DNA of 64,000 nucleotides from an uncultured Verrucomicrobiota bacterium (lineage in GTDB: Bacteria > Verrucomicrobiota > Kiritimatiellia > JAAZAB01): contig CAYUHK010000001.1 of assembly GCA_964444425.1 (NCBI GenBank), positions 119,976-183,975 on the forward strand, read 5' to 3'. Shown in pieces: positions 1 through 8,695 of the stretch. The position numbers were made by a program, and so were the translations under genes. Below the pieces are notes generated by a model that saw nothing but the letters and a program-made list of their open reading frames with translations, was not told the DNA's origin and ran no database searches. Numbering within the stretch: position 1 is the first letter of the stretch; each line of letters begins with the position of its first letter.

Positions 1-251
1 AAGCCCGGCAGTTCAGCCGTGACCTGAATAGCCTGATCGGTCTGAGCTACATCAATGCAAGGCAATAAAACTTCTGCCCTTTGCTTGGATAATTCTGCGT
101 TTGGCAAGGCTAGCCAATAGGGCCGTCCAAAGTCCCTAAAAAAATCATTGAACAACTCATTGACCTGCCGATGTAAAAACCAAAACGGACGATTATCATC
201 AGCCCCACTAAGGTCCCCTCTAGGTCTCCATGTTATGATATGTTTATTCAT
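1..251 (-). CDS. Small heat-shock protein, Hsp20/alpha-crystallin family (N-terminal part only; gene runs off the left window edge)
   Basis: Absent from the ORF track because there is no in-window stop. My translation of the minus strand from ATG 251-249 is MNKHIITWRPRGDLSGADDNRPFWFLHRQVNELFNDFFRDFGRPYWLALPNAELSKQRAEVLLPCIDVAQTDQAIQVTAELPG. The P-x-IDV-x-x-TD-x-x-I-x-V-x-AELPG stretch is the typical start of the alpha-crystallin domain. AAGGAGG Shine-Dalgarno at 259-265, 7 nt before the ATG. Confidence 0.75.
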   Translation of the reverse strand, partial: MNKHIITWRPRGDLSGADDNRPFWFLHRQVNELFNDFFRDFGRPYWLALPNAELSKQRAEVLLPCIDVAQTDQAIQVTAELPG

Positions 252-298
252 GTTCTCGCCTCCTTATGTTAATGATATTCTCTTTCTTAACTCATCAA

Positions 299-320
299 TG
301 CTCATTGAGAAAAATGAGCA
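299..320 (-). promoter_or_regulatory. Perfect 8-bp inverted repeat TGCTCATT-N6-AATGAGCA at the predicted 5' end of the hsp20 transcript (operator or 5'-UTR hairpin)
   Basis: Read directly: tgctcatt gagaaa aatgagca. It starts 1-2 nt downstream of the transcription start predicted from the sigma-54 -12 element at 333. Confidence 0.45.
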
Positions 321-331
321 ATTATTAAGTC

Positions 332-347
332 AGCAAGAAGAGTGCCA
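332..347 (-). promoter_or_regulatory. Sigma-54 (RpoN) -24/-12 promoter for hsp20
   Basis: Minus strand reads TGGCAC-TCTTC-TTGCT. This matches the TGGCAC-N5-TTGCW consensus with the canonical 10-nt GG-to-GC spacing. It is intergenic, correctly oriented, and about 80 nt upstream of the hsp20 ATG. Confidence 0.6.
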
Positions 348-414
348 ATATTAATAACAACTTTAATATATTGATCCACAATGGTTTAAATATATAATAA
401 ATAAAAATTAAATA

Positions 415-455
415 TGTCATTTTGTCGCTTTATATAAAGATGTGTCATTTTGTCG
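415..455. repeat. Two perfect 13-bp direct repeats TGTCATTTTGTCG (415-427 and 443-455, 28 bp apart); candidate upstream activator or regulator binding sites
   Basis: Read directly in the AT-rich hsp20/rnd divergent intergenic region. On the minus strand each copy is CGACAAAATGACA, i.e. GACA-N4-GACA. The repeats lie 70-110 bp upstream of the -24 element. Confidence 0.5.
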
Positions 456-571
456 TAGTTATGGATCTTGTTAACCTAAATCATAGGGCTAGTATTCTAA
501 ACTTGCCTCAGTAGGGCTCCTTGCCTAGCTGACCAATAATAGGCCATGCTATAAGTAATTATGAAAAACAC

Positions 572-600
572 TTGTCTTAATTATAGCTTCCTTTGATAAT
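572..600 (+). promoter_or_regulatory. Putative sigma-70 promoter of rnd (TTGTCT-17 nt-GATAAT)
   Basis: -35 TTGTCT at 572-577, 17-nt spacer, -10 GATAAT at 595-600. The -10 ends 6 nt before the rnd ATG (607), so the mRNA may be leaderless. No SD is visible. Confidence 0.3.
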
Positions 601-606
601 TTCAAT

Positions 607-1755
607 ATGGGCTCCTCGATACGCTATATTTTCATTGATCAACCTAACGCTGCTATGCAAGCAGCATTGGACGATTTAGCGCAGGATACTTCGCTTGCTC
701 TAGACATAGAAATGGAGAACTCCTACCACCACTATGGTCTGCATATCGCTTTGATTCAGATTTCTACATCTACGGGACAAAATTATATATTCGATCCCCT
801 TTCCAAAATTAACATCAAGCAATTAGGCGCCATCTTGACCAATCCAAAGATAGAGCTAATTATGCATGATACTGATTTCGACCAACGCGCCTGTTATCAG
901 ATATACCGCTGGCAGCTTAACCATCTATTCGACACCAAAATCGCCGCCCAATTTTGCGGCTATCGACAATTCGGCCTCGGCAGTCTTTTACAAGATCTGC
1001 TTAATGTTAATTTGAATAAAACGTTTCAAAGATTTGATTGGCTGAAACGACCTATCCGTAAGGATGCTTTGGAGTATGCCGCCAACGATACCGCCTGGCT
1101 GCATGCTCTAAAGAACATGCTGACTCAACGCCTTAAAGAATTAGGGCGGCTAGGTTGGGCTCAGGAAGAATTTCGTCGTTTGGAGACCTGCACAGTGTCT
1201 GAGCCAGCAATCCCTACACATTATCGAATTAAAAACAGCGCATCGTTAACACCGCGCCAATTGGCGATTTTACGTTTTTTAACAGCTTTTCGCGATGAAA
1301 TCGCGCGGCGCATGAATCGGCCCGTACATTATATTTTCCGCGATGCGCACCTCCTACAGTTTGCTGTTCACCCTCCAGCAAATGAAGTCACTATGCGCAG
1401 TGTTACCGGCATGCATCCGGTTATGTATAGAAAAGATACCATCCGGCTATTCTTACAAGCCGTCGCGCGCGGCCGCGCTGCACCAGCAGAAATCCATCCG
1501 CTGCGCCGCAAGCGACCGACAAAATCGATCGGCTGTTCTCAGAAACTGAAAGCCATGCAAGAATGGCGGCGGCAAAAGGCAGCCGCATTAAATTTGGAAC
1601 CATACTTGCTATTGGCTAACGATATTTTGCGCTGGGCCGCACGCAAGCCGCTTGAACCGGCCCCAGCAGTCATTACAGCGCAACTGCGGCTTTGGCAACG
1701 AGAATTGCTCTGGAATGAATTTCAAACTAAATTCATTACACCAGACCTTTCTTAA
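607..1755 (+). CDS. rnd: Ribonuclease D (DEDDy 3'-5' exoribonuclease with HRDC domain)
   Basis: Exonuclease motifs LALDIEME, MHDTDFD and YAANDTAWL, followed by an HRDC-like segment LAILRFLTAFRDEIARRMNRP. 382 aa, as in RNase D. Confidence 0.85.
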   Translation: MGSSIRYIFIDQPNAAMQAALDDLAQDTSLALDIEMENSYHHYGLHIALIQISTSTGQNYIFDPLSKINIKQLGAILTNPKIELIMHDTDFDQRACYQIYRWQLNHLFDTKIAAQFCGYRQFGLGSLLQDLLNVNLNKTFQRFDWLKRPIRKDALEYAANDTAWLHALKNMLTQRLKELGRLGWAQEEFRRLETCTVSEPAIPTHYRIKNSASLTPRQLAILRFLTAFRDEIARRMNRPVHYIFRDAHLLQFAVHPPANEVTMRSVTGMHPVMYRKDTIRLFLQAVARGRAAPAEIHPLRRKRPTKSIGCSQKLKAMQEWRRQKAAALNLEPYLLLANDILRWAARKPLEPAPAVITAQLRLWQRELLWNEFQTKFITPDLS

Positions 1756-1977
1756 ACCGAAATTCTGCCGCACCTCTATGCCGCCCTAGCTAAAAGCATA
1801 GAATTGTTTTTCAGAAAGGATCCTTAAAATAAACCATTCTGCTTGACGCAGCCAATGTCCTATGTCATGCTTTTCCCGTCAGCACGTTAAAGCTCTAATT
1901 GCTTAAACCCAAACCTTAGCCAGCATGCGATTAGCCCAACGTGGTGGCCCATAATTCTAAGATAATGCTAGCCAGCA

Positions 1978-3735
1978 ATGCCTGTTGTCTCCAAAAACAA
2001 TCTTAGCACGGCGGTTAAAAGCCAAGCGCAGCTTCAACGCGAAATCTCGGTTTCAGAATTCTTTCTTAAGAACCGCCATCTGCTGGGCTTCGATAATCCG
2101 CGTAAAGCTCTATTGACGGCGATCAAAGAAGCCGTAGATAACTCCTTAGACGCATGCGACGAAGCAGGCATTTTGCCGGAAATCAGCGTGGAAGTTCAGC
2201 AAACTGGCAACAAGCGTTTCCGAGTAATCATTACCGATAATGGACCCGGCATAGCGCGCAATCAAGTGCCCAAAATTTTTGCTAAGTTGCTATATGGCTC
2301 GAAGTTCCATCGTCTACGCATGTCCCGGGGCCAACAGGGCATCGGCATCAGCGCCGCCGGCATGTATGGCCAATTGACCACTGGCGCCTCGACCGTTATT
2401 CAATCGAAGACCTCTGGCCAAAAAGCACACCTCATTGAAGTCCAAATTGATGCGCGGGCAAATAAACCGACGATCTTAAAAGATATTGAGGTGGACTGGC
2501 TTCCTCAGTTTTTCCCCACTGATACAAACGGCGAGCCCAAACAGCCGATCACAGCCAAGCATGGCATCAGCGTGGCCATTGAAATGGAAGCGACTTATAT
2601 TCGAGGCAAGCTTTCGGTGGATGAATATTTAAAACAATGTGCCATAGTCAACCCTCATCTACAATTGCACTATCGGATACAACTCCTGGCCGATACCGCC
2701 AATAAAGCTTCCGAGGAAACAATCACGCAAACTAAATCCATAACACCTTTGGTCGCTCAACCCACAGAATCTGTTCCCTGGCACACCTTTGTTCGTGCCT
2801 CCTATTCGCTCCCTCCGCAGCCCGTTGAAATCAAGCCACATCCACACGGGATTGAGCTAGGCATGCTTATCCAGATGCTGAAAAATACGCCTGGCCGAAC
2901 GCTTAAATCGGCCTTGGTTAACGATTTCTCACGCGTCAGCGACCGGGCTGCGCAGGAAATCTGCCGCCAAGCTGGCTTGAACCCACAAGCGCGCCCCACT
3001 CATATTGCCCATCGTGAAAGCGAGGCCTTGTTCAAGGCCATCAGCGAGACTAAACTGATGCGGCCGCCAACCGATTGTCTGGCGCCAATTGGCGATGCTG
3101 CAATCATAGCGGGATTAAAAAAGGAAGTCGCCGCCGACTTCTACACAGCAGTTACGCGCGGGCCGGAAGTTTACCGGGGCAACCCCTTTCAGATTGAGGT
3201 AGGGCTGGCCTTCGCCAAGCCAACCGACGAGCAGCCCGCCGCCGCCAAAGCCAACACTAATTCCAATCTCAATGCCGACGAGCCAGCCCGGGTCCTGCGT
3301 TTCGCCAATAAGGTACCACTGCTTTATATGACCGGAGCCTGTGCTATCACCAAAGCTATCACGGCTGTAAACTGGAAAAGTTATGGCCTATCTCAGCCTC
3401 GTGATGCCCTGCCGATTGGCCCCCTGATCATCCTTGTGCATATAGCCAGCGTTTGGGTGCCATTCACCAGTGAAAGCAAGGAGGCCATCGCACACTATCC
3501 AGAGATCATCAAGGAAATAGTTTTTGGGCTGCAAGAATGCGGTCGCAGGTTGGCCGTCCACCTTAGGCGCCGGCACCGCCAAGCGGAAATAGAGCGTAAA
3601 AAGAATTATATCGAAATGTATCTGCCGCATCTGGCTTTAGGAATGAAACAGATTTTGGAACTGGATGATCGTCAAGAGCAAAATATCATTAGTAAATTGC
3701 AGCGCATGTTAGAGCGGACACACCTAGAAACATGA
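1978..3735 (+). CDS. top6B: DNA topoisomerase VI subunit B
   Basis: GHKL/Bergerat ATPase motifs EAVDNSLDA (N box), ITDNGPGI (G1) and GQQGIGIS (G2). Transducer-domain motif WVPFTSESKEAI. ATGA start/stop overlap with the following Spo11-like gene. Confidence 0.9.
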   Translation: MPVVSKNNLSTAVKSQAQLQREISVSEFFLKNRHLLGFDNPRKALLTAIKEAVDNSLDACDEAGILPEISVEVQQTGNKRFRVIITDNGPGIARNQVPKIFAKLLYGSKFHRLRMSRGQQGIGISAAGMYGQLTTGASTVIQSKTSGQKAHLIEVQIDARANKPTILKDIEVDWLPQFFPTDTNGEPKQPITAKHGISVAIEMEATYIRGKLSVDEYLKQCAIVNPHLQLHYRIQLLADTANKASEETITQTKSITPLVAQPTESVPWHTFVRASYSLPPQPVEIKPHPHGIELGMLIQMLKNTPGRTLKSALVNDFSRVSDRAAQEICRQAGLNPQARPTHIAHRESEALFKAISETKLMRPPTDCLAPIGDAAIIAGLKKEVAADFYTAVTRGPEVYRGNPFQIEVGLAFAKPTDEQPAAAKANTNSNLNADEPARVLRFANKVPLLYMTGACAITKAITAVNWKSYGLSQPRDALPIGPLIILVHIASVWVPFTSESKEAIAHYPEIIKEIVFGLQECGRRLAVHLRRRHRQAEIERKKNYIEMYLPHLALGMKQILELDDRQEQNIISKLQRMLERTHLET

Positions 3736-4898
3736 ATGCCAAAAGCAAAAAAACAGTGAAGATTATGAGCAAAGCCAAGCGCACGGCCGCGCCTATGCTG
3801 GTGTCTCGACGCGACGCGACCGGACGGATCGTATCTATTACCCATGATATCCATCAAGACATTACCAAGAAGAATCTCCGCCCGCGTATGCGCTTCCCCA
3901 TCCGATCTCTAAGCAACGTTAAATATGATCCGCGTAAGGGACACTTCGAGATTCTCAATAAAACCGCAACGCGCACCCTGTCCTACAACACTATCAAGAC
4001 CTTTGCCCAATCTATGCGGCTGATGGCCACCACCAAACGAGATTTGTTGGACAAGAACGATATCGCTGGCAAGCGCGAAATATATTACAATAGCAAGAGC
4101 TGGGGCGAATGCCGATTCACGGAACAGCCTGAAAGCGATTCTCTATTGGATGATATGGAAGCCCTCTTGGCAGTCAACCGCGAGCAGCTTGGCTATATCC
4201 CCGAGGAACGTGGCGGCGAAGTTACTGGGCCACTGGTCGTTATTGATCGCCAACCTAACTCGCACCAGGAGATCCGTATCGACTGTGAAAAATTGGGTAC
4301 AGGTGCTTGGAGCATTCCATCCCAGGTGGAACATCTGCGTTTTGAAACCAAGGCTAAATTCATACTGGCCATTGAAACCGCCTCACTTTTTCAACGTCTC
4401 GTTCATCATCGCTATTACGAGAAGGCGGGCTGCATCTTGATCTCCATGAGCGGTGTACCTACACGCGCCTGTCGAAGATTTATTCGCCGGCTGGCTGATG
4501 ACCGGAAACTCCCCGTGCTAGCATTCACCGATGGCGATCCTTACGGATATTGTAACATCTATCGCACCCTCAAGGTCGGTTCGGGCCAAGCTGCGCACAT
4601 CAATCAATTTTTCTGTGTGCCTCAAGCTCACTACTTAGGAGTTACTCCGCAGGACATCAAAGACTATGATCTAGAGGATGCGACCCATCCACTGGAAGCC
4701 ATTGATATCAAGCGGGCACGTGATGCGCTCAAGAATGATCCCTTCATCAAGCACCACAAAGAATGGCAAGCCGCGTTGCATCAGATGATTGCCATGGGTG
4801 TCCGCATTGAACAACAGGCTTTTGCTAAACATGGCCTAAATTTCGTCTTGGATACTTACCTGCCCCGGAAGCTAAAAAAAGGTATATTTTTGCCTTAG
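3732..4898 (+). CDS. top6A: DNA topoisomerase VI subunit A (Spo11 family)
   Basis: Catalytic-tyrosine motif GKREIYY. Toprim Glu in ILAIETASLF and DxD in FTDGDPYGY. 388 aa. Translationally coupled to top6B. Confidence 0.9.
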   Translation: MNAKSKKTVKIMSKAKRTAAPMLVSRRDATGRIVSITHDIHQDITKKNLRPRMRFPIRSLSNVKYDPRKGHFEILNKTATRTLSYNTIKTFAQSMRLMATTKRDLLDKNDIAGKREIYYNSKSWGECRFTEQPESDSLLDDMEALLAVNREQLGYIPEERGGEVTGPLVVIDRQPNSHQEIRIDCEKLGTGAWSIPSQVEHLRFETKAKFILAIETASLFQRLVHHRYYEKAGCILISMSGVPTRACRRFIRRLADDRKLPVLAFTDGDPYGYCNIYRTLKVGSGQAAHINQFFCVPQAHYLGVTPQDIKDYDLEDATHPLEAIDIKRARDALKNDPFIKHHKEWQAALHQMIAMGVRIEQQAFAKHGLNFVLDTYLPRKLKKGIFLP

Positions 4899-4932
4899 CC
4901 CTCTGATCTAAGCCCGGGTTGAGCAGGAAGAT

Positions 4933-6462
4933 ATGCTTAAGGAACTGGGTATCATGGCTGGAACCAGTGAAATAACCGCCGCTTCCACTCTCTGGCTTTG
5001 GCTAGATCTGTTCCTACATTTAACGCTTTTTCTTATAGTCAGTTTACATTGTCTTAAAAACCGGCGAGAGGCAGCTTCTGCTCTGCTATGGATTCTGGTG
5101 GCATGGTCGTTTCCTGTGATCGGCGCTCTACTATATCTGCTGTTTGGAATCAATCGCATGCCTCGCAAAACCTGGCGCAAACAGCATGCCGACAACGAAT
5201 TGCTAATAGAGCGTCAAGCTCGGGAAGACGCGGCCTTGCCCATGGCTTATTGGCGTTCCGTTCATGAATCATTAGCCACCGAACCCGACGATGCAGAATC
5301 CCAAGAAATCAACGAGATCATGAACCGGTTATTGCCGAATCATCCATTGCTTGGCGGCAATCGGATCGTTCCTATGTTGGATGGCGATGAGTCTTTTCCG
5401 CAAATGTTTGCGGCCATTCGCAATGCCCAACATCATATTCATCTGCAAACTTTTATTATTGGCCACGACATCTTCGGGCGCCAGTTGCTTGATCTCTTGG
5501 CAGAAAAAGCCCAATCCGGCGTAATGGTTCGATTGCTATACGATCGCTTTGGATCAACCGGTGCCATTATGAGGCGACTGTTCTCCCATTATCAACATGT
5601 GCCTAATTTGCATATTTGCGGCTGGACTCAGGCCAATGCCTTTAAACGCCAATTCCAATTAAATCTGCGTAATCATCGCAAAATCCTGGTGATTGATGGA
5701 AAGACAGCATTTTGCGGGGGCATCAATTTGCGCTCCGATAACATCACCCAGAACAATCAACCGCCGATCCGCGATTACCACTTCGCGGTTGATGGCCCCA
5801 TGGTTCAGGAGCTGCAATACTCCTTTCTGAGCGACTGGTATTTCATGACCGATGAAGATCCAACCATTTTATTGCAGGAGGCGCATTTCCCGCCACTGAC
5901 TGCAGCCGGATCGACTCAGGCTCGTTTGGTGAACAGCGGGCCAACTCCCGATGAGATGGAAAACATAGCTGAGGTCTTATTCGAATGCCTGATCGCGGCG
6001 CACAAGCAACTTCTGGTGCTGACCCCTTATTTCGTGCCCCCACGGGATATCCTACGCGCCTTTCGAGCGGCGGCGACACGTGGAGTAGACGTCCGGATAG
6101 TAGTTCCGCAGCGCAATAATCATTTTTATGCAGGCATGGCTGGGCAAGCTTTATATGAAGAATTATTGATAGCCGGAGTGCGCATCTTCGAACGCCGCTC
6201 TCCCTTCATGCACGCCAAAGCCTTACTGATGGATGATAGGCTAGCGCTGATCGGCAGTGCCAATCTAGACATGCGGAGTCTACGTTTAAACTACGAAACT
6301 AATTTATTGATCTTCGACCCGATTTTTACCAACAATCTTAAACAGATTGTGTTGGCCGATATGGCTGAAAGCCAGGAAATATTCTTACCAAGCTGGCAGG
6401 CCCGCTCCAACGCGCAGCGGTTATTGGAAAACTTCTGTCATCTGCTAATGCCGGTTTTATAA
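4933..6462 (+). CDS. cls: Cardiolipin synthase (PLD superfamily)
   Basis: Two N-terminal TM helices and two HKD motifs (HRKILVIDGKTAFCGGINL and HAKALLMDDRLALIGSANLD). Confidence 0.9.
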   Translation: MLKELGIMAGTSEITAASTLWLWLDLFLHLTLFLIVSLHCLKNRREAASALLWILVAWSFPVIGALLYLLFGINRMPRKTWRKQHADNELLIERQAREDAALPMAYWRSVHESLATEPDDAESQEINEIMNRLLPNHPLLGGNRIVPMLDGDESFPQMFAAIRNAQHHIHLQTFIIGHDIFGRQLLDLLAEKAQSGVMVRLLYDRFGSTGAIMRRLFSHYQHVPNLHICGWTQANAFKRQFQLNLRNHRKILVIDGKTAFCGGINLRSDNITQNNQPPIRDYHFAVDGPMVQELQYSFLSDWYFMTDEDPTILLQEAHFPPLTAAGSTQARLVNSGPTPDEMENIAEVLFECLIAAHKQLLVLTPYFVPPRDILRAFRAAATRGVDVRIVVPQRNNHFYAGMAGQALYEELLIAGVRIFERRSPFMHAKALLMDDRLALIGSANLDMRSLRLNYETNLLIFDPIFTNNLKQIVLADMAESQEIFLPSWQARSNAQRLLENFCHLLMPVL

Positions 6463-6534
6463 ATCACAACTTGGCAATGGGTTAAGCGATATCGACCTAA
6501 GCAGGCTGAGCGGCGCCGGCGCCACGCGTTGGAT

Positions 6535-6574
6535 CAAAGAATAAATCCCTTTTGTTCATAAAAAGCACAAGGGA
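6535..6574 (-). terminator. Putative Rho-independent terminator after lpxA
   Basis: Minus strand reads TCCCTTGTG-loop-CAAAAGGGA followed by TTTATTCTTT, immediately after the lpxA stop. Confidence 0.45.
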
Positions 6575-6576
6575 GA

Positions 6577-7392
6577 TCATTCGTTAGCCGTCATTGATTT
6601 CTCTTCGGCAATACTAGGGCCATGACAGATACCGCGCTTGGAAGATTCTATGAAGACGCAGATTTCTTGTGCCGGACCAGAAGGGCATGCCTCTTTAAGA
6701 CGCTTAACAGCCTGGGAAACATTTAGGCCGGAACGATAGAGGATATTAAAGGCCTGCCGGATCGCTTGACGATCTTCCAGGCTAATGCCCGCACGTCTTA
6801 ATCCGACCATATTCAATCCTATAACCGTATTAGAGATGCTGCCGGTCTTACAGAAAGGTGGCACATCCTTATTATAAGCCGTGCCGCCCGAGAGAATAGC
6901 CAATTTGCCGATCCGACAAAATTGATGGACTAGACAATTGCCACTGATGAAAGCTCGATCCTCAACTTCGACATAGCCACCCAATAAAGCGCCATTGACC
7001 AACACCACGTAATTGCCCAACTTAACATTATGGGCCACATGACTGTTAGCCATAAGAAAGCAATGATCACCCACTTCAGTCATAGATCCCGGTTTGGTTC
7101 CGCGGTGAATGGTCACGCCTTCGCGAATACGACAGCCCGAGCCAATTTTAAGATAGCTTGTATCTTCTGGTTTAAAAGCCATGTCTTGAGGCCAGTCGCC
7201 GAGCACGACATGAGCATGAATAAAACATTCGGCGCCAATGGTAGTAAATGGATAAATAGTAACATAGGGCCCGATAATCGTACCGGCAGCGATTTGAACC
7301 TTATCTCCAATAATCGCATAAGGTCCAACCGTTACATTATCGCCGATCTCTGCACCAGCATGTACAAGAGCTGTAGAATGAATCGTCGTCAT
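6577..7392 (-). CDS. lpxA: Acyl-ACP--UDP-N-acetylglucosamine O-acyltransferase
   Basis: Hexapeptide-repeat beta-helix over about 190 aa, then the LpxA-type helical C-terminus (VGLRRAGISLEDRQAIRQAFNILYRSG). Collinear with E. coli LpxA as I recall it. Confidence 0.9.
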   Translation of the reverse strand: MTTIHSTALVHAGAEIGDNVTVGPYAIIGDKVQIAAGTIIGPYVTIYPFTTIGAECFIHAHVVLGDWPQDMAFKPEDTSYLKIGSGCRIREGVTIHRGTKPGSMTEVGDHCFLMANSHVAHNVKLGNYVVLVNGALLGGYVEVEDRAFISGNCLVHQFCRIGKLAILSGGTAYNKDVPPFCKTGSISNTVIGLNMVGLRRAGISLEDRQAIRQAFNILYRSGLNVSQAVKRLKEACPSGPAQEICVFIESSKRGICHGPSIAEEKSMTANE

Positions 7393-7468
7393 AGGCTGAC
7401 TTGATCTTATTAAGGAGCCTGAGGACTAGTCCCTCATCAGCAAATTAAAACCTCAGCTAATGGCGCTC

Positions 7469-7497
7469 AGATTATGGATTTATCGACCTAAAGTCAA
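7469..7497 (-). promoter_or_regulatory. Putative sigma-70 promoter of lpxA (TTGACT-17 nt-TAATCT)
   Basis: Minus strand: -35 TTGACT (7497-7492), 17-nt spacer, -10 TAATCT (7474-7469). It would give a leader of about 70 nt. Confidence 0.35.
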
Positions 7498-7693
7498 CCA
7501 TTCCGGCAGCGCTATAAGATTCTCAAATAAGCAGCTCCGGGTCTTGATTATGCTAATTGAGTGACTCTGCAGATAGCCTTTGGAGCCGGCATGGACATGG
7601 TTGTATCTTATATGCATCCTGGTAGCAGCGAGTTGGTCTCAAAAACTCATTTTATTTACAGGTTGGTTATGAAGCCCTCATGAGTTGAGATTT

Positions 7694-8695
7694 TCAGTAT
7701 CCGACAATGGGCGTCGGGCCATGCATACGCCAATGCTCAAGAACCAGGTGGCCCCGTTCAGCTAAAGGCATATCGGCTTTAATTGATAACCAATCAACAT
7801 TAGCTTGATTGCGAAACCAGGTCATCTGCCGCTTAGCTAATTGACGGGTATGCAAGATGGTGGCAGCAATAGCTTCTTCACGCGTGCAGCGGCCAGCCAG
7901 ATAGGATAGCGCTTCAGCATAGCCGATGGCCCGCGCCGCTGTTGGAGCGGTCGTCAATCCTTCAGAGCGTAAGCGCTGAACCTCAGCAATCAGCCCTCTG
8001 GCATACATTTGGCAAACCCTATTTTCGATGGCAAGATTCAGCTCTTCCTGAGGCAACCTTAAACCGGGTATACGAAACTTATTTTGGGCAGCCAGCCAGG
8101 TTTTATCAGCACCTGGCGCGCCTGATGCTGCTATTTCAATCGCTCGGATTAGGCGACGCGGATTACGCCGATCCACTAGCTTTTGATATCGTATAGAGTC
8201 CAAGCGGACCAGCCAAGCCTGCAAAGCTTCAATGCCCTGCTCCACTAACATACGTTCGGCCTGGAGACGCAATGGCTCATTGCGTGGCGGCAGCAACGCC
8301 AAGCCATGGGTAAGGCTCTTAAGGTATAAGCCGCTGCCGCCGACCACGATCAAATGGCGCTTAGCAGCTGTTGTCGCAGCAATGGCCCGCAAAGCGGCGC
8401 GGCGATAATCTCCGACACTAAAAAGCTCCTGGGGCGATATCAAATCTAATCCCCAATAGCGAATTCTTTGGCGTTCAGCGCGGGTCGGCTTTGCCGTGCC
8501 TACATCCAAGCCACGATAAACTTGCATGGAGTCAGCCGAAAGAATATCGTAGCCGAAATGCTCCAAGGGTACGGCTGATGATCCAGCTCCCGATGCACAG
8601 GTTTCAGCTATCCAGTGTGCGACAGCTGTTTTACCTACGGCCGTTGGGCCAACCAGAAAGAATGCCCTATATTCAAGCTGTTGATGAGGGGTCAA
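7694..8695 (-). CDS. miaA: tRNA dimethylallyltransferase
   Basis: P-loop GPTAVGKTAVA, SADSMQVYRGLDVGTAKP and LIVVGGSGLYLKSL. Its start overlaps the lspA 3' end by 23 nt. Confidence 0.9.
   Translation of the reverse strand: MTPHQQLEYRAFFLVGPTAVGKTAVAHWIAETCASGAGSSAVPLEHFGYDILSADSMQVYRGLDVGTAKPTRAERQRIRYWGLDLISPQELFSVGDYRRAALRAIAATTAAKRHLIVVGGSGLYLKSLTHGLALLPPRNEPLRLQAERMLVEQGIEALQAWLVRLDSIRYQKLVDRRNPRRLIRAIEIAASGAPGADKTWLAAQNKFRIPGLRLPQEELNLAIENRVCQMYARGLIAEVQRLRSEGLTTAPTAARAIGYAEALSYLAGRCTREEAIAATILHTRQLAKRQMTWFRNQANVDWLSIKADMPLAERGHLVLEHWRMHGPTPIVGY

Noticed and set aside
148-354. 68-aa plus-strand ORF from the track
   Set aside because: It lies antisense to the clearly recognisable hsp20 N-terminus and its SD and promoter. 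It has no SD and an odd composition, so it is most likely spurious.
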